Positions 41,653-49,813 of a stretch of DNA of 64,000 bases are shown piece by piece. The stretch comes from Candidatus Paracaedibacteraceae bacterium (GTDB lineage: Bacteria; Pseudomonadota; Alphaproteobacteria; Paracaedibacterales; CAIOTO01). The notes under the pieces are model-generated. The model had not been told where the DNA came from and did no database searches. It was given only the letters and a program-made list of their open reading frames with translations. The translations under genes were made by a program, and so were the position numbers. The stretch's first letter is position 1, and every line of letters begins with the position of its first letter. The stretch covers positions 66,427 through 130,426 of the forward strand of contig JAUYTZ010000009.1 in NCBI GenBank assembly GCA_030694965.1. The letters are read 5' to 3'.

Positions 41653-43791
41653 TTATATCCGCTCTACAGATAAAATAGAGCTCTGAGAACGAAGAGATGC
41701 CTTCAGCAATAGTAAATGATCAACATCTTTCACTTCGACATCAATAAATAAATCCCAAAAATCCATGGTTCTATTTGTGATTTTAAGATTCACAATGTCT
41801 GCGGATTGTTTGCTTATTGTGGTTGTCATGGCCGCTAAGCTTCCTGGCTTATTTAAGAAAGTCACTTTCAATCGGCCAATATGGCGGTACGAGTGCTCTT
41901 TTCCGTGAATCTCATGCCATGCTAAGTCTAAGACGCGCTCTGGGTCCAAAATTGTTGTGATAACTTCACAATCATTCGTATGAATTGTAACACCTTTTCC
42001 TGTAACGACAACACCTACGATATTATCCCCAGGTAAAGGATGGCAGCAACCAGCAAAATGTACAGACATGCCTGAAATAAGCCCTTCAATAAACTGCGCT
42101 GGATCATGAATAATTTTAGAGCTTTTTTGCTTAGGTGCTGATGGAATGTTTTCCTTTTTAGGAAGGTTTTGTTCTGGATATGTTGTTGTTAGCACTTCTT
42201 TTGCTGATTGAATGCCTTCGCCAATTGCTGCATATAAGTCATCTAAAATGTGATAATGAAATTTGCTAAGAATTTTGGTAAAGTTTTTTTCGTTAAAGAT
42301 TTGTCCTTCTTTTATGCATGCTTTTTGCAAAAGAGATTTTCCTAGTTCACCGTATTTTTGACGTTGTTGACTGCGAATAAAACGACGGATGCAAGCACGT
42401 GCTTTACCGGTTACAACAAATCGTTCCCATGTTGGTGATGGGCTTTGTGCTTTTGCCGTGATGATGTCTACTTGGTCGCCGTTTTTAAGTGGCGTACGAA
42501 GAGGCATTTGGCGCCCATTAATTTTTACTCCAACTGTTCGATTTCCAATTTCTGAATGAATTGAATAAGCAAAGTCAACAGGCGTAGCACCGCTTGGAAG
42601 ATTGATAAGTTCACCTTTTGGTGTAAAGCAAAAAACCTGATCTTGAAACATTTCAAGTTTAGTGTGTTCTAAAAATTCATCTGGGCTGGAAGCGTGCTCT
42701 AAAATTTCAAGTAATCCACGAAGCCAAGCATATTGCTTACCATCATGCATTTTACTGCCTTGTTTATATTGCCAATGTGCAGCCACACCATTTTCGCAAA
42801 CTTCGTGCATTTCAGAAGTGCGTATTTGAACCTCAATACGTTGATTAGCTGGGCAAATAAGGCAGGTATGTAAGGATTGGTAATTGTTAGGTTTAGGTGT
42901 GCTTATATAATCTTTAAAGCGACCCGGTACAACCATATAATGACTATGCATAATGCCAAGTGCTTGATAGCATTCGGACATTGAACCGACAAGAATACGA
43001 AACGCCATAATATCGGATAGCTGTTCTAAAGTGACGTTCTTTTGTTGCATTTTACGCCAAATTGAATAGGGCGTTTTTAAACGACCACTTACCATGCAGC
43101 TTAGGCCAAATTTTTTTGCGACATCTTTAATATCTTGAAGAATATGTTCAATTGTACCCACAGATGCTTGGTGAATGAATTTAAGACGGCTTTTAATTGA
43201 TTCGTAGATATCGGGTTGAAGTTGTGCAAAAGCGAGGTCTTCAAGTTCATCTTTAAACCAATGAATACCCATTCGTTCAGCAAGGGGGGCGTAAATTTCA
43301 AGTGTTTCATGTGCAATGCGACGACGTTTCTCTTCAGAAACTACATGATGCAGCGTTCTCATATTGTGTAAGCGGTCTGCAAGTTTTACAAGAAGCACGC
43401 GGATATCACTTGACATAGCAAGGACAAGCTTTCGAAAATTTTCAGCCTGTTTTGTTGCTTCTGATTGGAGTTCTAATTTTGATAGTTTTGTAACGCCATT
43501 AACAAGTTGCGCAATTTCAACGCCAAAGCACGATTCAATCTCTTCGATCGTGGCTACCGTATCCTCTACGGTATCATGCAATAAACCAGTCACAATGGAC
43601 TGGCTATCAAGCTTTAATTCCGTTAAAATGCCAGCGACTTCAATTGGATGTGAAAAATAAGGATCACCTGAATCGCGTACTTGGCAGCCGTGACTTTTGA
43701 CAGAAAAAACATAAGCACGGTTAATAAGATCGTCATCAACCGTTGGATCGTATGCTCTTAATCGCTCAACCAATTCACATTGTCGTAACAC
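41653..43791 (-). CDS. spoT: bifunctional (p)ppGpp synthetase/hydrolase, RelA/SpoT family
   Basis: HD hydrolase motif LLHDTVEDT, synthetase domain (YQSLHT), TGS and C-terminal ACT domains. Sits downstream of rpoZ. Confidence 0.93.
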   Translation of the reverse strand: MLRQCELVERLRAYDPTVDDDLINRAYVFSVKSHGCQVRDSGDPYFSHPIEVAGILTELKLDSQSIVTGLLHDTVEDTVATIEEIESCFGVEIAQLVNGVTKLSKLELQSEATKQAENFRKLVLAMSSDIRVLLVKLADRLHNMRTLHHVVSEEKRRRIAHETLEIYAPLAERMGIHWFKDELEDLAFAQLQPDIYESIKSRLKFIHQASVGTIEHILQDIKDVAKKFGLSCMVSGRLKTPYSIWRKMQQKNVTLEQLSDIMAFRILVGSMSECYQALGIMHSHYMVVPGRFKDYISTPKPNNYQSLHTCLICPANQRIEVQIRTSEMHEVCENGVAAHWQYKQGSKMHDGKQYAWLRGLLEILEHASSPDEFLEHTKLEMFQDQVFCFTPKGELINLPSGATPVDFAYSIHSEIGNRTVGVKINGRQMPLRTPLKNGDQVDIITAKAQSPSPTWERFVVTGKARACIRRFIRSQQRQKYGELGKSLLQKACIKEGQIFNEKNFTKILSKFHYHILDDLYAAIGEGIQSAKEVLTTTYPEQNLPKKENIPSAPKQKSSKIIHDPAQFIEGLISGMSVHFAGCCHPLPGDNIVGVVVTGKGVTIHTNDCEVITTILDPERVLDLAWHEIHGKEHSYRHIGRLKVTFLNKPGSLAAMTTTISKQSADIVNLKITNRTMDFWDLFIDVEVKDVDHLLLLKASLRSQSSILSVERI

Positions 43792-43809
43792 TTGGCTATC
43801 GCTCCACGC

Positions 43810-44235
43810 TTAAATGTCTGATTCAGTATCTAAGTCGTCATCTTCAGCATCATCTAGCTCTAAATCATCTACATCATCGCCAAGCAATGCGACATCTTCT
43901 GTTTCTGTGCCAAAAACGATGTCTTCTGCATCATCTTCCCAATCTTCATCAACTATATCAATAGCATCTTGTACTTCACTATCAAGTTCTGATTCACTAT
44001 TATCAACGAAGACATGGCGTTGCATGCTGCGAACTAAGTTTTCACGAAGAGCTGGAATATCGATTGAATTTTCAGAAATTTCACGCAAGGCAATTACTGG
44101 ATTTTTGTCATTATCACGCGTTACAGTTAATGGTGAGCCAGCAGAAATTTCACGTGCACGCTTTGCGCTCAAAAGAACAAGCTCAAAACGATTTGGGACA
44201 TTTAAAATACAATCTTCTACAGTTACGCGTGCCAT
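43810..44235 (-). CDS. rpoZ: DNA-directed RNA polymerase subunit omega with an acidic C-terminal extension
   Basis: [30 protein letters not shown] core. The last roughly 65 residues are about half Asp/Glu. Confidence 0.9.
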   Translation of the reverse strand: MARVTVEDCILNVPNRFELVLLSAKRAREISAGSPLTVTRDNDKNPVIALREISENSIDIPALRENLVRSMQRHVFVDNSESELDSEVQDAIDIVDEDWEDDAEDIVFGTETEDVALLGDDVDDLELDDAEDDDLDTESDI

Positions 44236-44325
44236 TTCTTATCTAGCCTTTTTCATATGTTAATTATTGATTAATAATACTAACACGTTCTAAAGTGAAA
44301 CATCTACTGAAAATCAAAGTTTTTT

Positions 44326-45687
44326 ATGGCTACGATCAAGCTCACTAACACAATTACGCATAAAAAAGAAATTTTTACGCCGCTCAATCCAGAACATGTT
44401 GGTCTTTATTTGTGTGGGCCCACCGTTTATGATCGTCCACATATTGGTAATGCGCGTTCAGCAATTGTGTTTGATGTGCTTTTTCGGTTGCTTAAAAAGA
44501 CATTTTCGAGCGTGACATATGTTCGAAATGTAACAGATGTGGATGATAAAATCAATATTCGCTCGCGTGAGCTTAATATTTCAATCCGAGAACTAACAAA
44601 GCAAACGCTTGCCTACTATCACGAAGATGTTAGTGCGCTTGGGGCTTTACCTCCGGATATAGAGCCGCGTGCGACAGAGCATATTGCTGAAATGATTCAG
44701 ATGAATGAGGCATTGATTCAAAAAGGTCATGCGTATGCTGCTGAAGGGCATGTGTTGTTTGATGTAAGTTCCTATGCGCACTACGGCAAGTTATCACGTA
44801 AAAATCAAGATGATTTAATCGCCGGTGCCCGTGTCGAAATTGCACCTTATAAACGAAGCGCTGCTGATTTTGTTTTATGGAAGCCATCAGATGAGAACAC
44901 GCCAGGATGGGATAGTCCGTGGGGAAGGGGGCGTCCCGGTTGGCACATTGAATGTTCCGCTATGAGCGCTAAATATTTAGGTGAAACCTTTGATATTCAT
45001 GGGGGGGGCGTTGATTTAGTATTTCCGCATCATGAAAACGAGGTGGCGCAAAGTTGCTGTGCGCATGGTACAGAAAAAATGGCACGGGTTTGGTTGCACA
45101 ATGGTCATCTTACTGTAAATGGCGAAAAAATGTCAAAATCTCTTGGTAATTTTGTTACTGTTCAAGACTTGCTGCATGACCATGACGGAGAGGTTATTCG
45201 CTTAGCGTTATTGCTTACACATTACCATCAACCTTTGGATTGGACTGATCAACAGCTTGCTTCAGCTAAGCAAATGCTTGACCGCTTTTACGGCGCACTT
45301 GATTTAGTTAATGCATCGTTGGATGACAAAATTGAATCATCGGAAATACTTGACGTGCTTGCTGATGATTTGAATACGCCAGGCGCTTTGGCTGTGTTGC
45401 ATGACCTTGCGAATCAATTGTATAAAGCGCCGTCTGCTGAGGTAGCCGCGCAGCTCAAGAATGCTGGTAAATTGCTAGGTATTTTACACCGCACACCAAA
45501 GGAATGGTTCCAGGGAGTGACGACAAAGAGCGATCCGTTGGTTGACATAGGTTTGCTGATTCAACAACGTATTGATGCAAAAAAAGAACGCAATTTTACC
45601 TTGGCTGATCAAATTCGTAACGATTTGTTGGAAAAAGGTATCATATTGTTGGATACTAATACAGGAACAACGTGGCGTCGCGCGTAG
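44326..45687 (+). CDS. cysS: cysteine--tRNA ligase
   Basis: HIGNARS (HIGH), KMSKSLGN, and zinc-ligand context CGPT ... HIEC. Confidence 0.94.
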   Translation: MATIKLTNTITHKKEIFTPLNPEHVGLYLCGPTVYDRPHIGNARSAIVFDVLFRLLKKTFSSVTYVRNVTDVDDKINIRSRELNISIRELTKQTLAYYHEDVSALGALPPDIEPRATEHIAEMIQMNEALIQKGHAYAAEGHVLFDVSSYAHYGKLSRKNQDDLIAGARVEIAPYKRSAADFVLWKPSDENTPGWDSPWGRGRPGWHIECSAMSAKYLGETFDIHGGGVDLVFPHHENEVAQSCCAHGTEKMARVWLHNGHLTVNGEKMSKSLGNFVTVQDLLHDHDGEVIRLALLLTHYHQPLDWTDQQLASAKQMLDRFYGALDLVNASLDDKIESSEILDVLADDLNTPGALAVLHDLANQLYKAPSAEVAAQLKNAGKLLGILHRTPKEWFQGVTTKSDPLVDIGLLIQQRIDAKKERNFTLADQIRNDLLEKGIILLDTNTGTTWRRA

Positions 45688-45727
45688 ACAGCTTATAACT
45701 ACAACGAATAAAGAATTGAGAGTTTTA

Positions 45728-46306
45728 ATGAATAAAAATTTTATTTACGGTATATGCGCGGCATTTATTGTGGTTTCAGCTTATAGCACTAGTAAAACAT
45801 TACTTAATAAAAGCGTTACTGTTGAGCAAGAAGAGGTTCCATTAAGTTTGATAGACATCAATTTTGTGCGCGATTCGAATCCAAAAAGCATGCCTGATTA
45901 CAAAATCACAAAGCATGGCGAAAAGGGTGAAGAGTTCAAATTAGGTGATCTTAAAGGAAAATCTGTTGTTGTGCATTTTTGGGCAACGTGGTGTCAGCCA
46001 TGCCAAAAAGAATTGCCGTTTTATGATAAGTTTATAGCTAGTCGTCCTGAGATTGTGCATGTAGCATTAACGCCTGATGGCACGAAAAAAGATAAAATTA
46101 AAGCATTCTTTGCACAAAACGGTTTAAAAAATATCCCCGTTATGACGGATGAAGCTGGTATCATTTCAAAATATTTTGAAACAAAAGCCTTTCCAACAAC
46201 TCTGTTTATAAGCAAGGAAGGTGTCCTTGTCGGTCGAATTATGGGAATTGTTGATTGGCAAGACCCAAAGACGGTTGAATTGTTGGTAAAGACATTTGCT
46301 GAATAA
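45728..46306 (+). CDS. periplasmic thiol:disulfide oxidoreductase, TlpA/ResA family
   Basis: The ATG at 45728 gives a signal anchor; thioredoxin active site WATWCQPCQKE. Confidence 0.8.
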   Translation: MNKNFIYGICAAFIVVSAYSTSKTLLNKSVTVEQEEVPLSLIDINFVRDSNPKSMPDYKITKHGEKGEEFKLGDLKGKSVVVHFWATWCQPCQKELPFYDKFIASRPEIVHVALTPDGTKKDKIKAFFAQNGLKNIPVMTDEAGIISKYFETKAFPTTLFISKEGVLVGRIMGIVDWQDPKTVELLVKTFAE

Positions 46307-46329
46307 GAGGTTAGGTGAAGCTAAAGAGG

Positions 46330-47164
46330 TTAAGCCCAAATATCAGGGGTGAATTTAAATTCGTCGAGGATTTGACAAAAACCTACAGATTTCTTGTCTG
46401 CCCAAAGATCTAATATCCCCGGGTCTTCTCTAACCAGTATGTTCTCTAAATCATCAAACTTTTTACAAATAGTAACCCACAAGAGTATAAAGTCTTTATT
46501 ACCATCGCGAACAACATTTAAAGCATTTCGTATTTTAATAGGAGCATCCATGTTAACGCAAAAATTAGCTTCATTAAAAATATAAACGGTTTTCTTATTT
46601 TTTGAGTTAATAAATTTTTCTTTTAAATATTGCATTTTAGATTTATCTCTTTCAAAAAAATTATTAAAAACTTCTAGTTTTTTATCGTTTTCGAAATCTT
46701 TGGAAATCTCACTCTCTAACATATGAACCCAGTGCATCATATATTTCTGATTAGTAGGAGTAAAAATACCATTGGCATCAATAAAATCTTTTTTTTCGAA
46801 AAAATCATCTAATTTGTTTACAAGTGCCTTTGCAAAAAGATCATAATGATCAATAACTAGCCAATCAAATAAATCTGACGTCCCTTCTTTAGAGGGCCAT
46901 CTGCGGTCAGTAAAATAAAAATTAATGGATCCTTTTGTCAAACAATTACTACCCAATGGTATAACCCTCTCGAATATTGTGTCCATCGTTGCATACCCCC
47001 CCAAGATGATCATCGCCTTCCATTGGTGGTATCGCAGGTGGAATAGGAGCAACGCTTGTATTCGTTTGCCCCTCATGCTCACTAATTTCAGGTGGTACTA
47101 CACCTGCAAACACATTAATGCTCAATAAAAAGCATAAACGCATTAATTTAAAATTATATTTCAT
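46330..47164 (-). CDS. DUF1796-like (putative papain-fold) secreted protein, read in two frames joined at a G7 tract
   Basis: Frame A (47164-46949) encodes a signal peptide plus a Pro-rich linker. Frame B (47082-46330) encodes the body (IPLGSNC ... LFDWL). The frames swap at GGGGGGG, 46996-47002. Confidence 0.45.
46996..47002 (-). repeat. G7 homopolymer at the frame junction
   Basis: The plus strand shows C7. Loss of one G would fuse ...DDHLGG to YATMDTIFERVIPLGSNC... Confidence 0.9.
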
Positions 47165-47463
47165 GTTTGATTATTCCTTTAAAAAATAGATAAAAATAAT
47201 AAATAATAAATAATAAATTATACAATATTTATGTAGTTTTTATTTATTAAATTAAATTTAACACGTTTTTGAAAATACTTTATTGGAATCATTAGGCTGC
47301 AAGGCTCTAAAATAGCTAATATGCTTAAAATGAGTTGCTTTATAAGCACAAAATCTAAGATTTTTTATTGGGAAGTGTTTCATCTCTTTATTAGAGCCTT
47401 TGCCTATACCAGCTTCTAGAAATTTAGTTGGCATATAACCAGCATTTTTGATATAGTTTCTTT

Positions 47464-47560
47464 GGAAGGTCTGTGGGTAGACATTGTACTTGTGAACCCG
47501 GTCAGGTCCGGAAGGAAGCAGCCGAAGCAAAATACAATGGGTTACTTACGTGACCTTCTG
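47464..47560 (+). ncRNA. ffs: signal recognition particle RNA (4.5S, small type)
   Basis: Contains the conserved domain IV core GGTCAGGTCCGGAAGGAAGCAGCC. Closing helices are GGAAGGTC/GACCTTC and ATTGTA/TACAAT. Located just upstream of dnaX, as in many bacteria. Confidence 0.8.
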
Positions 47561-47621
47561 CTTATTTACATTGATTAAATCCCAACAAAATCACTCCAAC
47601 CTGAGAAGTTATGTAAGGTCT

Positions 47622-49316
47622 ATGAGTCAAAAAGGATACACTGTTCTAGCGCGGCGTTATCGGCCCACGCGACTTGCAGATTTAATTGGACAAGAGTTGC
47701 TCCAAACAACATTAACAGAAGCTATTTCCCAAAATCATCTGCCTCATGCTATTTTATTGCATGGCATTCGAGGTGTTGGAAAAACAACGACAGCCCGTAT
47801 TATTGCGCGCGCGTTAAACTGTGTAGGTGAAGATGGAAATGGTCCAATTACGCCTAATCCATGTGGGGTGTGCAGTTCATGCCGCGATATCCAGGATGAT
47901 CGCCATTTGGATGTAATCGAGATGGACGCTGCCAGTCGCACAGGTGTGGATGATGTACGCGAAATTATTGAATCATCACGCTATAAGGCTGTAAAAGGTC
48001 GTTTTAAGATATTTATCATCGACGAAGTTCATATGTTGTCTAAAAGTGCATTTAATGCGTTGCTTAAAACATTAGAAGAGCCGCCTGCGCACGTTAAATT
48101 TATTTTTGCAACAACTGAAATTCGTAAAATTCCAGATACGATTTTATCGCGTTGTATGCGATTTGATTTAAAACGTATAGAACCCAAAACGATTTTAGAT
48201 TACCTTGCAACATTGTGTGTGCAAGAAGGAATTACAGCCTCTACAGAGGCGCTTGGGCATATTGCACGTGCGGGTGATGGATCTATGCGTGATGCATTAT
48301 CACTGCTTGATCAAGCAATTGCTTTGTCTTTATCTAATAATGTAGCCGGTGTAACAGAAGATCTTGTTCAGCAGATGCTGGGGGCAACAAATCGGGCACA
48401 TTTATTTACGCTATTAAAAGCGCTTTTTGAAGGTAAAACGGACGAGTTGCTTACGCTAACAGATACTCTTTTTCATGATGGTGCTGACCCACTTTTATTG
48501 ATGCAAGAAATTTTAGAAGGTGTGTATTGGTTAACGTGCTTTAAAACAATGCCGCGCATGAAAGATGACCCTACTTGGCCTCAAGAAGAGCGTAATCAAG
48601 GCGAAGCAATAGTAAATGAATTAGGAATTACATCTTTAGCGCGCGCTTGGCAAGTTTTATCAAAAGGGTATGAAGAAGTTCAAAAAAATCCACTTCAAAA
48701 ACAAGCATGCCAAATGGTTTTAGTTCGTTTTTGTCATATGAGTAACATGCCATCTATTGATAAAATTATTGAAACAATGTCATCTGGCGGCGGTGGTTCA
48801 TCTGGAAACTTTATGCCTGGTGCATCGGGTGGATCAGTCGGTCCAACAGGTAATGCCCCTGTTGCCGCTTCATCTATGAATGTAAAAGAACAACCTGTGT
48901 ATATGACTATGTCTAAAGCTACAGATGAGCAAGTGCAAAATACTTCTTTGCCTCAATCATTTGAAGAGTTGGTTGATTTCTTACAAGAAAAGCGTGAGCT
49001 GATGTTAATAGAATCATTGATTCATGATGTGCGCGTAACTTCATATAACGTTGGTGAAATCGTTATGAATATGGATAAAGCGCGTTTTGGACAATTGTCA
49101 GCTCAATTACGTGCTGCGCTTAAAAAATATACGAATTTAGATTGGACGTTGCATGTCACATCTGATGTTTCTGGACGAACGATTGCTGAAAAGCAAGAAG
49201 AAGTACTTTCTTTAAAAATGGAAAAAGCTAGACAGGATCCATTCTTAAGTACATTTTTAACAGCATTCCCCAACACAACTTTACAACTTATGGAGCAAAA
49301 TTATGCGCGGAATTAA
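47622..49316 (+). CDS. dnaX: DNA polymerase III subunit gamma/tau
   Basis: YRPTRLADLIGQE, Walker A GIRGVGKTT, zinc module CGVCSSCRDI, DEVHML, SRC. The ATG at 47622 is preferred because the track start would overlap the SRP RNA. Confidence 0.93.
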   Translation: MSQKGYTVLARRYRPTRLADLIGQELLQTTLTEAISQNHLPHAILLHGIRGVGKTTTARIIARALNCVGEDGNGPITPNPCGVCSSCRDIQDDRHLDVIEMDAASRTGVDDVREIIESSRYKAVKGRFKIFIIDEVHMLSKSAFNALLKTLEEPPAHVKFIFATTEIRKIPDTILSRCMRFDLKRIEPKTILDYLATLCVQEGITASTEALGHIARAGDGSMRDALSLLDQAIALSLSNNVAGVTEDLVQQMLGATNRAHLFTLLKALFEGKTDELLTLTDTLFHDGADPLLLMQEILEGVYWLTCFKTMPRMKDDPTWPQEERNQGEAIVNELGITSLARAWQVLSKGYEEVQKNPLQKQACQMVLVRFCHMSNMPSIDKIIETMSSGGGGSSGNFMPGASGGSVGPTGNAPVAASSMNVKEQPVYMTMSKATDEQVQNTSLPQSFEELVDFLQEKRELMLIESLIHDVRVTSYNVGEIVMNMDKARFGQLSAQLRAALKKYTNLDWTLHVTSDVSGRTIAEKQEEVLSLKMEKARQDPFLSTFLTAFPNTTLQLMEQNYARN

Positions 49317-49626
49317 TCAAATGTTGCAACAAGCACAAAAATTACAAAAACAAATGGACGATATGCAAAAGCAACTTGAATCTACTGAGGTTGAAGGTGG
49401 ATCTGGTGGTGGTATGGTAAAGGTTGTTGTTACGGGAAAAGGAGATCTGAAGAAAATAAAAATTGATCCATCTTTAGTTGATCCTAATGACATAGAAATC
49501 CTTGAAGACCTTATTATTGCAGCTATGCACGATGCAAAAACAAGAGCAGACGCTCAATCTACTTCTGAAATGTCAAAGCTTACAGGTGGTTTATCTTTAC
49601 CTGGTGGTATGAAGTTGCCATTTTAA
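49303..49626 (+). CDS. ybaB: nucleoid-associated protein YbaB/EbfC
   Basis: 107 aa; MLQQAQKLQKQM ... GGGMVKVVVTGKGDLKKIKIDPSL pattern. Overlaps the dnaX stop. Confidence 0.88.
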   Translation: MRGINQMLQQAQKLQKQMDDMQKQLESTEVEGGSGGGMVKVVVTGKGDLKKIKIDPSLVDPNDIEILEDLIIAAMHDAKTRADAQSTSEMSKLTGGLSLPGGMKLPF

Positions 49627-49813
49627 ATTAATTTTTGGTATGTGATTTTCATCCATTAAATTTAATGATTTAATTTACATTAGTGTAAATTTATGAAAAA
49701 TTTACTTTGTTATTTAAAAGAGAAATAATTTAATTTATCTCTCTTTTAATTTTTTGTTAATACATTGCACTTTATACTTAAATTATATCAACATGATAAT
49801 TTAATAAAGTTTT

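Noticed and set aside
43814-44263. 149-aa Ser-rich plus-strand ORF
   Set aside because: It is the antisense mirror of the GAT/GAA-rich acidic tail of rpoZ. The rpoZ frame has the conserved omega core, so this ORF is an artefact.
47258-47530. 90-aa minus-strand ORF upstream of dnaX
   Set aside because: It overlaps the SRP RNA antisense, has no motif, and lies in an AT-rich intergenic region. It is most likely spurious.
48682-48688. A7 run inside dnaX, considered as a gamma-subunit -1 frameshift site
   Set aside because: The sequence in phase is A_AAA_AAT rather than A_AAA_AAG. There is no obvious downstream hairpin or upstream SD, so there is no basis to claim recoding.
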